Below are positions 30,436-40,162 of a stretch of DNA of 64,000 nucleotides, piece by piece. Every line of letters begins with the position of its first letter. Position 1 is the stretch's first letter. The notes under the pieces were generated by a model. It saw only the letters and a program-made list of their open reading frames with translations. It made no database searches and was not told the origin of the DNA. The translations under genes were made by a program, and so were the position numbers. Location of the stretch: assembly GCA_016777125.1 (NCBI GenBank), contig JADHSC010000006.1:7915-71914 (forward strand). The letters run 5' to 3'. The DNA comes from Candidatus Poseidoniaceae archaeon. GTDB taxonomy: Archaea > Thermoplasmatota > Poseidoniia > Poseidoniales > Poseidoniaceae.

Positions 30436-31173
30436 ATGACGGATATTGAAGCAATAAAGAAAACCCCAATTTTTCCTGAACTTCTCATCATGAAAAGGGG
30501 CATAACATGGCTCGAAGGGCCAGGCTATTTTGGTAAGGACATGCGTTTCCTCGCTCGGGAAACAGCTGCGGTTTTACTCAGTGAAAGTCACACAGTCCAT
30601 TGGATTGATGGAGTAAATCGATTCGATCCAAGTACTTTTTTTGAATCATTAAGAAATCGAAACTGTGGTCTTGAAGAAGGTTTACGACGACTCTACATTG
30701 GACGAGGATTCACGCTTCATCAATTGCATGCATTGATTCTTCGTGCACATCAAGAGACCATGCTAACAAAGGCTTCTTTGGTCGTTGTTGATGGATTACT
30801 TGCCATGTTTCTCGATGATCAAATCCGGAGGTATGAGGGACGTACAATACTTCGTCATTGTTTGCATTCATTACAGAAATTATCCAAACATTGCGCAGTC
30901 ATTATTACCGATGGACACGCAAAAAGTCGACTTCATCAACAACTTAAGCAGACGGTAAAGATACACGCAGACAGGCATTTACATGGCTCTTGGCAAACAG
31001 CAAGAAAGAACATATTGATTCTCAGAAGTACCACCGATTCACAGACATTGCTACGACTTCTTCCTAAAACGAAAGATGAATCTCAATCGAGACTTGAGGG
31101 CTTTACATCCATTGGTCGAGTCGCACAACACCAACTTCTGTCAATTGATGCTCAGTCCACCCAAAGGGAGTGA
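30436..31173 (+). CDS. Degenerate RadA/RecA-fold protein of the kind associated with PolB2
   Basis: Altered Walker A GPGYFGKD, WIDGVNRFDP, RGFTLHQL, Walker B-like LVVVD; QSRLEGF PIP-like motif; GGTGA SD. Confidence 0.75.
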   Translation: MTDIEAIKKTPIFPELLIMKRGITWLEGPGYFGKDMRFLARETAAVLLSESHTVHWIDGVNRFDPSTFFESLRNRNCGLEEGLRRLYIGRGFTLHQLHALILRAHQETMLTKASLVVVDGLLAMFLDDQIRRYEGRTILRHCLHSLQKLSKHCAVIITDGHAKSRLHQQLKQTVKIHADRHLHGSWQTARKNILILRSTTDSQTLLRLLPKTKDESQSRLEGFTSIGRVAQHQLLSIDAQSTQRE

Positions 31174-33517
31174 GTATTGCCCAGATCGCACGAATGGCTT
31201 GTTGCCGATAATATGCTAAATCGATATTTTGAACTGTTTTATGTAAGTCAGGACACTCTTCGGAAAGAAGAACTCGAAAGAGTGGATTCCTGGCATCTTT
31301 CTCTCGAACAAGAAATCGTGCTTTCGAACCGACGGTGAGAGGAAATCCATGTGCTTGATGCCTTTGGAAAGCAAGCATTGCTAGAGATTGTACTGAACCT
31401 TGAGTCGGTTCTCTTGAAATGCGTTGAGCAATCAGAAGGTCACCAATTGTAATCATTCCATTCTCGAGTTTCTCAAGTTCATCAAGTAGTAGGTTCTGAA
31501 CCATTTTCTGAACAGAATAGGATGGAAGACCGTTGCTTAGATCAGTGGTTTTTGAGAGAATCTGCAAAGCTTGTTGCTGGAGATTACGAATCCATTGGCA
31601 GGTTGAATGTTGACGCAATTCAAGACCTCTAATCTTTAGACCATCCTTCCCATATGCCCAATATTTGGTTAGAGAACCTCCTGAATGGACTCGACTCGGT
31701 AAAAAGGCAATACAATCGTATGTCGCCTCATATTCGAGAGGAATTCCGGTGAATGTCTGCACTTCTTGGGCTAAAGCCAAAGCATCTTCGTGTTGTTGTT
31801 CGTATGTCCTTCCCTGTACATCACGAACCCAAATTGAGTCAACGATGGCATGAAGAACCTCCCAACCTGACTGTTGAGCATGTTCAATCGTCTGAAGAAG
31901 AAGTTCTCTCGCCCAGGCACAGATTGCTTCGTGTGCTTCAATACGTCCAAACCGAGCGTTACGATAACCAGTGTAGCCAAAGCAAGTGACAAGAAGCCAT
32001 TTCAAAGCATTCTGTTGACGATCTGCTCGGTCTTTTTTGTTCTTGACTTGTTTCTTCAATTGTTTTCTTCGCTCAATGAGTGGAGCTACCACACGACCAA
32101 GGAAACCATGAATCCGGCCACAGGTATGCGTTGAAAGGCCTGGGACTTGGAAAGCTGTCGACGAATAACGTGGAAAGGCAAGGCTTGCAGACTGCCATTG
32201 CCGTTCATGCAATTGGAATTTCTTTTTTGCTGATTCGGGATGCAGTGGCAATGGAGCGGTATTGCTGGCTGGCTGGCAACAACTGCAGTTCAGAGTTTCC
32301 GGCGAGATATTTCGTGTTGCGATAATACTTGGAAAGAGACTGGCAAAATCCAGTTCGATGACGTTTGAATAAACTCCAGGTTTGCTATCGAGGTAAAGTC
32401 CGCCCCGATCTGATTGAAGAAGATCCCAAGCACTTTTGGTATCTTCTGGCCTCGTTTTCTTCCATGGGACAAGAACATCATCTTCCATTGCTACTCGATT
32501 CTGAATGGCACTGATTACCGACCCAGGAGATTTACGAGCTGCATCGCTTATTCGTGTAGCGGAAACTACCGCTAATTCATACAGACCTGAAAGACCCCCT
32601 TCTTTGAACATAAAACTAGATGAAAAATCGATATGAATTCGACCTTCAAATGAAAATTGGGGGTCGCTACGAAGAACTTTCCCATAGGAATGAACTGTTC
32701 TTGCGACACCGATTTGGCGAAGAACGGAAGAATTGCGACCAAGCTTCAAGGTGTGCCCACTCCTCTTTGCATGCGTCATTAACGCTGGAAGAGCAAGCGT
32801 ATTACCATCCCGTGTAAAGATGACATCAGGGTCAACTTCTCTCAGACTCTGCCCAAGTGTCATAGCAAATGATGGATGGTGGGCAGGAATCATGAAACTC
32901 CTGCCAAACCTCTTCCCTTCTGAATCACATTCCTCTATTCGAGCAGAAGATATCTCAGTAGAACTATCTGCAAATCCCTTGTTCTTACAGAATTCAACTT
33001 CAAGTCGACAACATCTCAATGAACGTTGATTCACTTCCTGTTCCATTGCAATAAGTTGTTGATTTTCAATCATAACCGAAGAACCAATGGACAAACGCTT
33101 CGAAGTGAGATAGGATTGTTCTGGTTGCAAGTCCACCGAATAGAGGGTGAAGCGGACATGCTTCCCGCGTTCCTCGATATGTTGAGCAAGTTGTTTGAGT
33201 AATGCATGACCTTTTACTTCCACTGTGAGCACACGTGTTTTATCGACGAAACCGAGTTCCAATCGTTTGTATTCAAATAAATGACTTAATATCCCAAATT
33301 TGATCTTAATCTCTGGTTGCTGCAACCATTCAATCAGCATCTCAAGATCTGAAACTAAACCAGAAACGTGCAATGAGGGATTCCATTGTTCACGGTATGA
33401 AAACACTGGCCCTTCTTTTGGAACAATCCATACGATCATATCTTTTCTTTCCGAACAAAGATGGGCATCAAGAATCCATCCGTTATCTCCTTCAGCCTCC
33501 ATTGAGTACACCTGCAT
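31103..33517 (-). CDS. polB2: Family B DNA polymerase, PolB2 group
   Basis: Motif A LDFASLFPSII, NISPETLNCSCC insert, motif B QNALKWLLVTCFGYTG, motif C variant HAIVDSIW; exonuclease motifs degenerate. Confidence 0.85.
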   Translation of the reverse strand: MQVYSMEAEGDNGWILDAHLCSERKDMIVWIVPKEGPVFSYREQWNPSLHVSGLVSDLEMLIEWLQQPEIKIKFGILSHLFEYKRLELGFVDKTRVLTVEVKGHALLKQLAQHIEERGKHVRFTLYSVDLQPEQSYLTSKRLSIGSSVMIENQQLIAMEQEVNQRSLRCCRLEVEFCKNKGFADSSTEISSARIEECDSEGKRFGRSFMIPAHHPSFAMTLGQSLREVDPDVIFTRDGNTLALPALMTHAKRSGHTLKLGRNSSVLRQIGVARTVHSYGKVLRSDPQFSFEGRIHIDFSSSFMFKEGGLSGLYELAVVSATRISDAARKSPGSVISAIQNRVAMEDDVLVPWKKTRPEDTKSAWDLLQSDRGGLYLDSKPGVYSNVIELDFASLFPSIIATRNISPETLNCSCCQPASNTAPLPLHPESAKKKFQLHERQWQSASLAFPRYSSTAFQVPGLSTHTCGRIHGFLGRVVAPLIERRKQLKKQVKNKKDRADRQQNALKWLLVTCFGYTGYRNARFGRIEAHEAICAWARELLLQTIEHAQQSGWEVLHAIVDSIWVRDVQGRTYEQQHEDALALAQEVQTFTGIPLEYEATYDCIAFLPSRVHSGGSLTKYWAYGKDGLKIRGLELRQHSTCQWIRNLQQQALQILSKTTDLSNGLPSYSVQKMVQNLLLDELEKLENGMITIGDLLIAQRISREPTQGSVQSLAMLAFQRHQAHGFPLTVGSKARFLVREKDARNPLFRVLLSEECPDLHKTVQNIDLAYYRQQAIRAIWAILTPFGWTEHQLTEVGVVRLDQWM

Positions 33518-33779
33518 CTGTTAATTGACGTTCAAGTGCTTCAAGCCGCCCCTCCAAGACTCGAATTCGTTGATGAGCACCTAAGAGCATGGAAAGGAGC
33601 ATTGGTTTCCATTCTTCTTGTGCGGGAAGCATTCCACCTGCTGCTCGACGAGTGCGAACATCATGTAGCATCATATCGAAGTTGCAACAATCATCCAATG
33701 AAAGGGCTCTTCGATAAGGCACAAGACGTTCTATTTCCTGTTCGACACGACCTCTCCAAGTTGGTACTGTACGACCCAT
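33492..33779 (-). CDS. Small helical PolB2-associated protein (arCOG07300-like)
   Basis: MGRTVPTWR...YRRAL...F..M N-terminus; overlaps the polB2 start by 26 nt. Confidence 0.72.
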   Translation of the reverse strand: MGRTVPTWRGRVEQEIERLVPYRRALSLDDCCNFDMMLHDVRTRRAAGGMLPAQEEWKPMLLSMLLGAHQRIRVLEGRLEALERQLTDAGVLNGG

Positions 33780-33826
33780 GTCTTCTGAACTGCATCTCTA
33801 AGGCAAGACTTGTGCTCACACCACTT

Positions 33827-33837
33827 GCAAAGTGAAA
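33827..33837 (-). promoter_or_regulatory. Candidate DNA-damage response box TTTCACTTTGC
   Basis: 9/11 match to TTTCACTTTCA, 48-58 nt upstream of the small-gene/polB2 operon start. Confidence 0.4.
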
Positions 33838-33843
33838 ATGGAA

Positions 33844-34851
33844 CTAAGAAAGCGATGAGCGATTCACTGTTGTTTCTGGCAATGAACCACTCAAAGCGAC
33901 GAGGACCGCATCTGCAATATCTAATCCAACACGTCGTTGAGCCTCTATGGTTGCAGCCCCAATGTGAGGTGTACCGTGGAAATGTGGATGTTGTAGGAGA
34001 AGAGAAGATGCGTCAACAGGTTCGTTTTCAAACACGTCGAGGGCGAGTGATGAAAGTTGTCCATTTTCAAGTGCCTCCAAGGCAGCTGTTTCATCAATAA
34101 TCCCGCCCCTTGCACAATTAACGATGTGATTCCCACAAGGCAAATTATTCGGATCCTTGCCAGGCATCATTGAAATTCGTTCAGAATCAACAAGATGGTG
34201 AGTTTCATCAGTGAGGTTACAATGAATCGAAATGTGCGTGCAACGCTTGAACAAACCATCCACCGTTTTATGCATTGATACGTCAAATTTCTTGGCTATT
34301 GAACCTGGGAGATATGGGTCATAGGAATGAACCTCCATACCAAATGCTTGAGCGACTCGAGCAACACCTTGCGCAATCCGACCGAATCCAATCAATCCGA
34401 GTCGCTTGCCATAAAGTTCTGTCCCAGTCAACTCTTTTTTCGCCCATGTACCTGAACGAAGAGTACGGTCTGCAGTAGGAATGTAGCGAAGAGAACCAAG
34501 CAAATGAGCAACTGTCAATTCAACCACACTTTGTGTACTTGCCCTAGGTGCATTAACAACAGGAATTCCAAGTTTGGAAGCAGCATCGAGATCGATGTTA
34601 TCGACGCCAACACCAGCTCTTGCGACTACTTTGAGGCCGGGCGTACTTGCTTCTAGAATTTCCTTTGTTATTTTCGTAGCACTACGAACAATAACTGCAT
34701 CAAAATCAGCCAATGCTCCATCAAGTAAATCTGGGAGTTCAATGAATTGACGTACAACTTCACAATCAGCTTGTTCTAATCGTTTAATTGCTTCATCAGC
34801 CATACCATCAGTAACTGCAATCCTACGCATGAATTGGTCACTCTTCGACAC
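33844..34851 (-). CDS. D-isomer 2-hydroxyacid dehydrogenase (SerA-like, no ACT domain)
   Basis: VRSATK, RAGVGVDNID, GFGRIA, NCARGG, DVFENEP, TPHIGAAT. Confidence 0.88.
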   Translation of the reverse strand: MSKSDQFMRRIAVTDGMADEAIKRLEQADCEVVRQFIELPDLLDGALADFDAVIVRSATKITKEILEASTPGLKVVARAGVGVDNIDLDAASKLGIPVVNAPRASTQSVVELTVAHLLGSLRYIPTADRTLRSGTWAKKELTGTELYGKRLGLIGFGRIAQGVARVAQAFGMEVHSYDPYLPGSIAKKFDVSMHKTVDGLFKRCTHISIHCNLTDETHHLVDSERISMMPGKDPNNLPCGNHIVNCARGGIIDETAALEALENGQLSSLALDVFENEPVDASSLLLQHPHFHGTPHIGAATIEAQRRVGLDIADAVLVALSGSLPETTVNRSSLS

Positions 34852-34916
34852 GGTGTTAGAACATTGGGATAAAATCCATTCTTCGCAATGGATTCAAAAC
34901 AAAGGGACAACACGCT

Positions 34917-36077
34917 ATGTTTGGTGAGCACATGGCGGCCGAAGTTGATGTCCAGGCCCTAATATGGGCACTTGGTATATTGGCAGTCCCAGTTGTTGCA
35001 GCTATACCACTGCGATTTATCTGGCGTTTCTGGATTGGTGGAGGTCATGAAGAATCAGAGTATAGGACTACTGTCAGGCAGATTATTGATGCTGGAAGAC
35101 AAATCGAAAGTTACCGTCATGCATTGAATGATATCGCACGTAGTTTACGGCTTACACCATCGAGACAACGTCTGATAGAGGCTGACATCCTTAACCCATT
35201 GTCAATTACCCACTTCTTAATTTTACCAGCTCTCATCATTTTCCCACTGGCCTTTGTTGTAGCCCTCCCAGTCATGATCGTAGGATTGCCAGTCATTCTT
35301 CTCGTGGAATTCATCCTTATTCGGCAACGAATACTGATTCGTGGATTGGGCGCAGTCGAACAAGGAATGCATTGGCAAATTATCCACATCCCTCAATCCC
35401 ATAGGGGGAATCAGTCAACTGCACGAAGTTATACAGAATTTTCCCAACATCTCGAACATTTCCATAAAGTTCCTAGAGGCGTATTCCTTGGATTATTTGC
35501 TTGGCTGATCATTCACTGGGTATTCAAGTTAGATGATTTTGGAATAGAGATTATACTTGCCTCTCTGCTCTACATTGGTTTACTCGCAATCGTGGGAGTA
35601 TTGTCGACTGCATTTGAAACTGATCTCGTCTTTGTCGACCCTGCAAAGGGCCGACTTATTCCAATCGACCAATGGGTTGAATCTCTGCTCAAACCACTCG
35701 TTGGAGTAGGGCTTATTTTCCTGCTTGGCCGCGACCTATTAGAGGAATCAAGAGGGGGAAATCCTGCTTTGTTTGCTACAACGGTTCTCGCAGTATTGTA
35801 CGGTGCAGCCATTGTAGGAATTGCCTACCAATGGGGCTACTCAGTGTGGCGAGGGAAAAAGATTCAACGCTCGTTTGAGGAGCAAGTCATTGAAACACTC
35901 GACCCATTATCCTATGATTTGACACGGACAAAAGGACGTATCGAATTCATTGTTCGTAAACCAATGGCAGAAAGATTACAAGAGATTGAAGAAATTCATA
36001 CTGGTCAAATGACATTTGAAGATCTTGACTCTATGCCAAGTAATCAGCCTACAGAGGCTCCTCAAAACCCAATTTAA
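34917..36077 (+). CDS. Hypothetical polytopic membrane protein
   Basis: About 6-7 hydrophobic helices; no recognised motif. Confidence 0.65.
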   Translation: MFGEHMAAEVDVQALIWALGILAVPVVAAIPLRFIWRFWIGGGHEESEYRTTVRQIIDAGRQIESYRHALNDIARSLRLTPSRQRLIEADILNPLSITHFLILPALIIFPLAFVVALPVMIVGLPVILLVEFILIRQRILIRGLGAVEQGMHWQIIHIPQSHRGNQSTARSYTEFSQHLEHFHKVPRGVFLGLFAWLIIHWVFKLDDFGIEIILASLLYIGLLAIVGVLSTAFETDLVFVDPAKGRLIPIDQWVESLLKPLVGVGLIFLLGRDLLEESRGGNPALFATTVLAVLYGAAIVGIAYQWGYSVWRGKKIQRSFEEQVIETLDPLSYDLTRTKGRIEFIVRKPMAERLQEIEEIHTGQMTFEDLDSMPSNQPTEAPQNPI

Positions 36078-38605
36078 TCTTCGATTAATTCTGCATCAAT
36101 GGTTGAAGAAACCAAAAATTTAGGTTCATCGATACGGGATGAACGAATCAAGTAACCAAGGCCAATGGCTGCTACGAGCATGAACATTGAGAAGAAACTT
36201 GCAACACCTAAGTATTCTGAAAATACATCACCTAATGCTGAGAAGAAGCCCTCCGACTCAGAATCTTCAACCACCTCCTTAGGAACGATTAAGGAAAATA
36301 CAGCTTGTTGGTCATAGGCCATTCTCGTGAAAGTCAAATGACCGTCATATTCGCTATCATAGTCTTGAGAAGGAATTGCTGGATCAAGGTCAGAGTAGAA
36401 GTCAGGACGTTGTTCAAAGGAAATGTCAACTGGTTCACTCAGATCAAGGGTCAGGGTTACATCGACTGTGTAGGGAATTCGGGATTCAAAGAATTCAGGG
36501 TCGTTGATGATTCCAAGTAGAGTTGCTGCCTGACCTGTCACGTCGAAGTGTGCCCAGGTATTCCATGATGAGGAATCGACATCAAGATCACAAATCCATG
36601 CATCAGATACACGTGAGCAAGCACCTTGAGCATCATTACTTCCATCTTCACCTAGGTCAATCTCAAGTTGAAGAGCACCTGCTTGGGCCGTATCGATATC
36701 AAATTCAGTTGGAATAAAACGAGCTTCAAGTTGTGTGGTTCCATTAGGTATCCAGACATAGTGTGAATCTTCAGTGTAATAGACTGCTCCGCTAGCACCA
36801 TTGTTGAAGTGATTCCAATCTCCTTTCCATCCGTGGTGAAGTCTGTCAGTGTTGACGGTGATTGTTTTCTCAACCATCATTTCCTCATAAATTTCCCAAG
36901 CATCCCATACGGTATACTGGGGGAATTCAACCAAACCATCTCCGTCCTGGTCTCGCATGAGTTGGAGCGTTCTTGCAAGAGCAACAGCAGCATCAACATC
37001 TGTTAGACCGTGTCCAATTCTCCAATCATGGCATTCTCCAGTCGTACTTCGATAGCACTCAGCAGGGATGTCATTGCAACCATCATCAGCGTTCCCATCT
37101 TCACAAGAATTCGCCATACCTTCGTAGGTTGCAGTTAATTCTAGAATCAATTCTAACTCATGAACTCGAGAAAAATTGGCTGTATCCCAATCTTCGAATT
37201 GACCGTAGGATGCAGTACCCTCTCCACCTACAAGACTGGAGCCTTCATCATGATCATCTCGATGGTAATCAGCAACACCGAGAGAAGGTGCAATTTGGAG
37301 AATTAATCCAGCCATACCTCCGACGTGTGGAGTAGCCATTGATGTTCCAGATATGGACATATAATACAAATCACCCTGTAATTTCGTGCTCGCATCAATG
37401 GCAGTTCCGCGAGGAGCTGTCGCCCAAATATCGCGACCAGGCGCCCCAACATCAGGCCATGTATGCTGTTGATTCATACATCCACGAGAAGAGAAAGATG
37501 TTACTGCACTACCGTCGTGTGTAAGTGCTGCCACAGAGATAGCGGACGGAGTATTCGCATATACGTTGGTACGCAAATCACCTGTGCATTCACCACCACC
37601 GCCAGATCCACCTGAATTGGAGGCTGCGAAAATAACTGCCACACCGTTCTCATAAGTCAGCATATCAGTCAAAGTAGCAATCGCACCATTTGGATCATAA
37701 TCACCGTCAGTTCCCCATGAATTGGAAACGACACGAATGTGGAAAGGATTTTGTGAAGGGATTGAATGTTGATAGGTCCATTCAAGTCCTTGTTCAGCAG
37801 CAAAAATAGATGCTCCGTCACCTGTACCTAGTGCAACAAGTTGCCCTCCTTTGGAAACTCCGGCCCTTCTTCCAGCAGATGCATCACCATTTCCAGCAAT
37901 GGTACCACCTACGTGAGTCCCGTGTCCTGAGGAAGTATCAGAATTTGTTGTCTCTGTCCAGACACCATCCCACTTAGCAGAGTAGATGACCTTCTCTCCA
38001 GTCCATGGTTCAAGATAGTCAAAGTCAGGATGACCAGCGTCAACTCCTGTGTCAAGGTCTACAATCGCAGTACCATCGCCGTCCCACTCTGAAAAGGCTA
38101 AGTCTGTTTCATAAGCCACTTTGCCATCTGTATCGACGATAACTCTGTGCCAAGCATCGGTTGCTCGTACGACGTGGGTTGTTTCATGCATCATTATCCC
38201 AGGATCTGTTGGACCTCCCCATTCAGAAGGTAGATAGAAGAAATCGAGTTCACGGTTGAGTTCAAGATATTCAATTCGGTCCCAGAGAGAGATCTTGCGT
38301 ATTGTATCAGAGGTGGCTTCAAAGAGACCTCCGTCAATGAGCAATGCCTCGTGAAGATGTACTGCTCCTGTTCTTTTAATGAAATCAAGATCGTCAGAAG
38401 TGACAGGTGATTTCAGTTGAAAGATGACTTCATGGAGAGTCGAATCATCAACGTTGCTTGCAAGAGCTTCTTCAAGCGCTGAATCCATCTTATCCAAATC
38501 CCCGTATGGGTTTGTTCCCTGAGCAAGAGGAGATGCGAGTGATACCAAGAATATGAACTGGAGGAAGAACACGGTTAGAAGACGACTGTTAGGTGTACGA
38601 CTCAT
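36074..38605 (-). CDS. Secreted, membrane-anchored S8 subtilisin-like serine protease
   Basis: Signal peptide; triad motifs DTG, HGTHVGG and GTSMATPH; SNSWG; C-terminal TM. Confidence 0.9.
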   Translation of the reverse strand: MSRTPNSRLLTVFFLQFIFLVSLASPLAQGTNPYGDLDKMDSALEEALASNVDDSTLHEVIFQLKSPVTSDDLDFIKRTGAVHLHEALLIDGGLFEATSDTIRKISLWDRIEYLELNRELDFFYLPSEWGGPTDPGIMMHETTHVVRATDAWHRVIVDTDGKVAYETDLAFSEWDGDGTAIVDLDTGVDAGHPDFDYLEPWTGEKVIYSAKWDGVWTETTNSDTSSGHGTHVGGTIAGNGDASAGRRAGVSKGGQLVALGTGDGASIFAAEQGLEWTYQHSIPSQNPFHIRVVSNSWGTDGDYDPNGAIATLTDMLTYENGVAVIFAASNSGGSGGGGECTGDLRTNVYANTPSAISVAALTHDGSAVTSFSSRGCMNQQHTWPDVGAPGRDIWATAPRGTAIDASTKLQGDLYYMSISGTSMATPHVGGMAGLILQIAPSLGVADYHRDDHDEGSSLVGGEGTASYGQFEDWDTANFSRVHELELILELTATYEGMANSCEDGNADDGCNDIPAECYRSTTGECHDWRIGHGLTDVDAAVALARTLQLMRDQDGDGLVEFPQYTVWDAWEIYEEMMVEKTITVNTDRLHHGWKGDWNHFNNGASGAVYYTEDSHYVWIPNGTTQLEARFIPTEFDIDTAQAGALQLEIDLGEDGSNDAQGACSRVSDAWICDLDVDSSSWNTWAHFDVTGQAATLLGIINDPEFFESRIPYTVDVTLTLDLSEPVDISFEQRPDFYSDLDPAIPSQDYDSEYDGHLTFTRMAYDQQAVFSLIVPKEVVEDSESEGFFSALGDVFSEYLGVASFFSMFMLVAAIGLGYLIRSSRIDEPKFLVSSTIDAELIED

Positions 38606-38655
38606 GGTTGATGGCACCGAAGGACCTTCAAAGGTGTTTGGTATCTTTGTGAAAA

Positions 38656-39393
38656 CTATAACCACGGAATTTCATCTGGAATTTCTGCAAAAATATTGGC
38701 TGGTAAAGCCACTTTTATTTTAGAAACAGAACCTAAGTTTTCCACTGATTTATTCTGCCAGATGGTAAATTCTTCAAGAGATTTCATCGATAAAATAGGA
38801 TTATGGATTCGATTCCATCCAAGCGTTTGGAGTGTTGTACTCGGAGGTTCGTGGCCACTGCAAACAAGTACATCATCAGAAAAGCGTGTAAACACCTTGA
38901 GCGAAGACCAATGTTCTTCTAAGCGGCCACTTGGCAGATCATCTCTACCAACACCAGCTTCACCGTTAAAGAAAAAATCCCCAGTAAAGATGTGATTATC
39001 GACTTCAATGATCATTGAGTCCTGCGTGTGTCCTGGGACATGATGGAAGGAAAAATTCATTCCACCTACATTGAGTTGTGTTGATTCATCAACATAGAGT
39101 GTCACGCCAAGGGAAGGTGTATCTTTCCACATGATGTATGGTATGTCAAATTGCTTTGAAAGTGAAAAACATGCTGTGATGTGGTCAGCATGTGTATGCG
39201 TTGCCATACAGGCAATAAGAGTCAGTGAACGTTGTTCTAGGATTCCGAGATAATGGTCAATATGGTCCCATACTGGGTCGATTAATACCGCATCTTCACC
39301 GTTGCTTACAAGATAAGCGCATGCCCAACCACTCGGACGTATATCTTCGACCTGCATGACCTTGGGTGGCAAAACTTCTACTTCAAACCTCAC
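38656..39393 (-). CDS. Metallo-beta-lactamase fold hydrolase (glyoxalase II/persulfide dioxygenase-like)
   Basis: LIDPV, THTHADHIT, PGHT, FTGD, GR.D, GHE. Confidence 0.82.
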   Translation of the reverse strand: MRFEVEVLPPKVMQVEDIRPSGWACAYLVSNGEDAVLIDPVWDHIDHYLGILEQRSLTLIACMATHTHADHITACFSLSKQFDIPYIMWKDTPSLGVTLYVDESTQLNVGGMNFSFHHVPGHTQDSMIIEVDNHIFTGDFFFNGEAGVGRDDLPSGRLEEHWSSLKVFTRFSDDVLVCSGHEPPSTTLQTLGWNRIHNPILSMKSLEEFTIWQNKSVENLGSVSKIKVALPANIFAEIPDEIPWL

Positions 39394-39439
39394 GCTAATT
39401 TAGACGAGATTTGATGAGGGAGGGGGTCTAGGGTTAACC

Positions 39440-40162
39440 ATGCATCCAACAGAAGTGGTTTATCTCGAGCATGATGGGAAATTACTGCTCGTTGATGAAT
39501 CAGGTATTGGACCTCAGCCATGCATGATGGGTAGGCAAGAATCAGCACCAATTCTTCGATTCCCAACAAGGCAGGAATTGGATGGAATGAAGATCCCTTG
39601 GGAAGAAGAGCGATTCACCGATATCCGATTCAATGAATTGAGCATACGAGTTATTCATGGATTACCAAACATTGAATGGCCATCACATTGGACTTGGAAG
39701 GATGAAGTCATTTCAGACAATACGGTCCACCCTGTGGCCAGAGAAGCAGTCTACCGATCAATCCACAGACTCGTAGCCAAAGTGATCATACAAAACGAAC
39801 AACATGAAGTTTTGATGGCAAAGGTCGAACGTGGTTTTTTCAAAGGATACTGGACACTCCCTGGAGGATACATGAATCATAGCGAGGAACCTTCACAAGG
39901 CTGTGTTCGAGAAGCATATGAGGAACTTGGTATATCTTTACAAGTCGATGATAGAAAACCCATTATCACGCAACGTTCATTCCATCGAGATGGTATTTCT
40001 TTCATGAGTTTCACTTACTTTTCAAAATGGAATGGAGCAATCTCGGATTTGAAATTAAAGCAAGGTGAAATTGCTGAAGCCAAGTGGTTCCCCTTAGAAG
40101 AGGCGTTGAGCAATGCTGTATCTGAATTTGATCATATTGCAATCGAATCGATTGTAAATTAA
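39440..40162 (+). CDS. NUDIX hydrolase with an N-terminal extension
   Basis: Nudix box LPGGYMNHSEEPSQGCVREAYEELG. Confidence 0.85.
   Translation: MHPTEVVYLEHDGKLLLVDESGIGPQPCMMGRQESAPILRFPTRQELDGMKIPWEEERFTDIRFNELSIRVIHGLPNIEWPSHWTWKDEVISDNTVHPVAREAVYRSIHRLVAKVIIQNEQHEVLMAKVERGFFKGYWTLPGGYMNHSEEPSQGCVREAYEELGISLQVDDRKPIITQRSFHRDGISFMSFTYFSKWNGAISDLKLKQGEIAEAKWFPLEEALSNAVSEFDHIAIESIVN

Noticed and set aside
31103-33517. PolB as a casposon or viral polymerase, or a pseudogene
   Set aside because: No Cas1, terminal repeats or protein-priming inserts; the frame is intact and the motif C variant is typical of cellular PolB2
39157-39167. Perfect TTTCACTTTCA match on the minus strand
   Set aside because: Lies mid-CDS in the MBL hydrolase (codons for FSLS), far from any start; treated as chance and noted as a caveat
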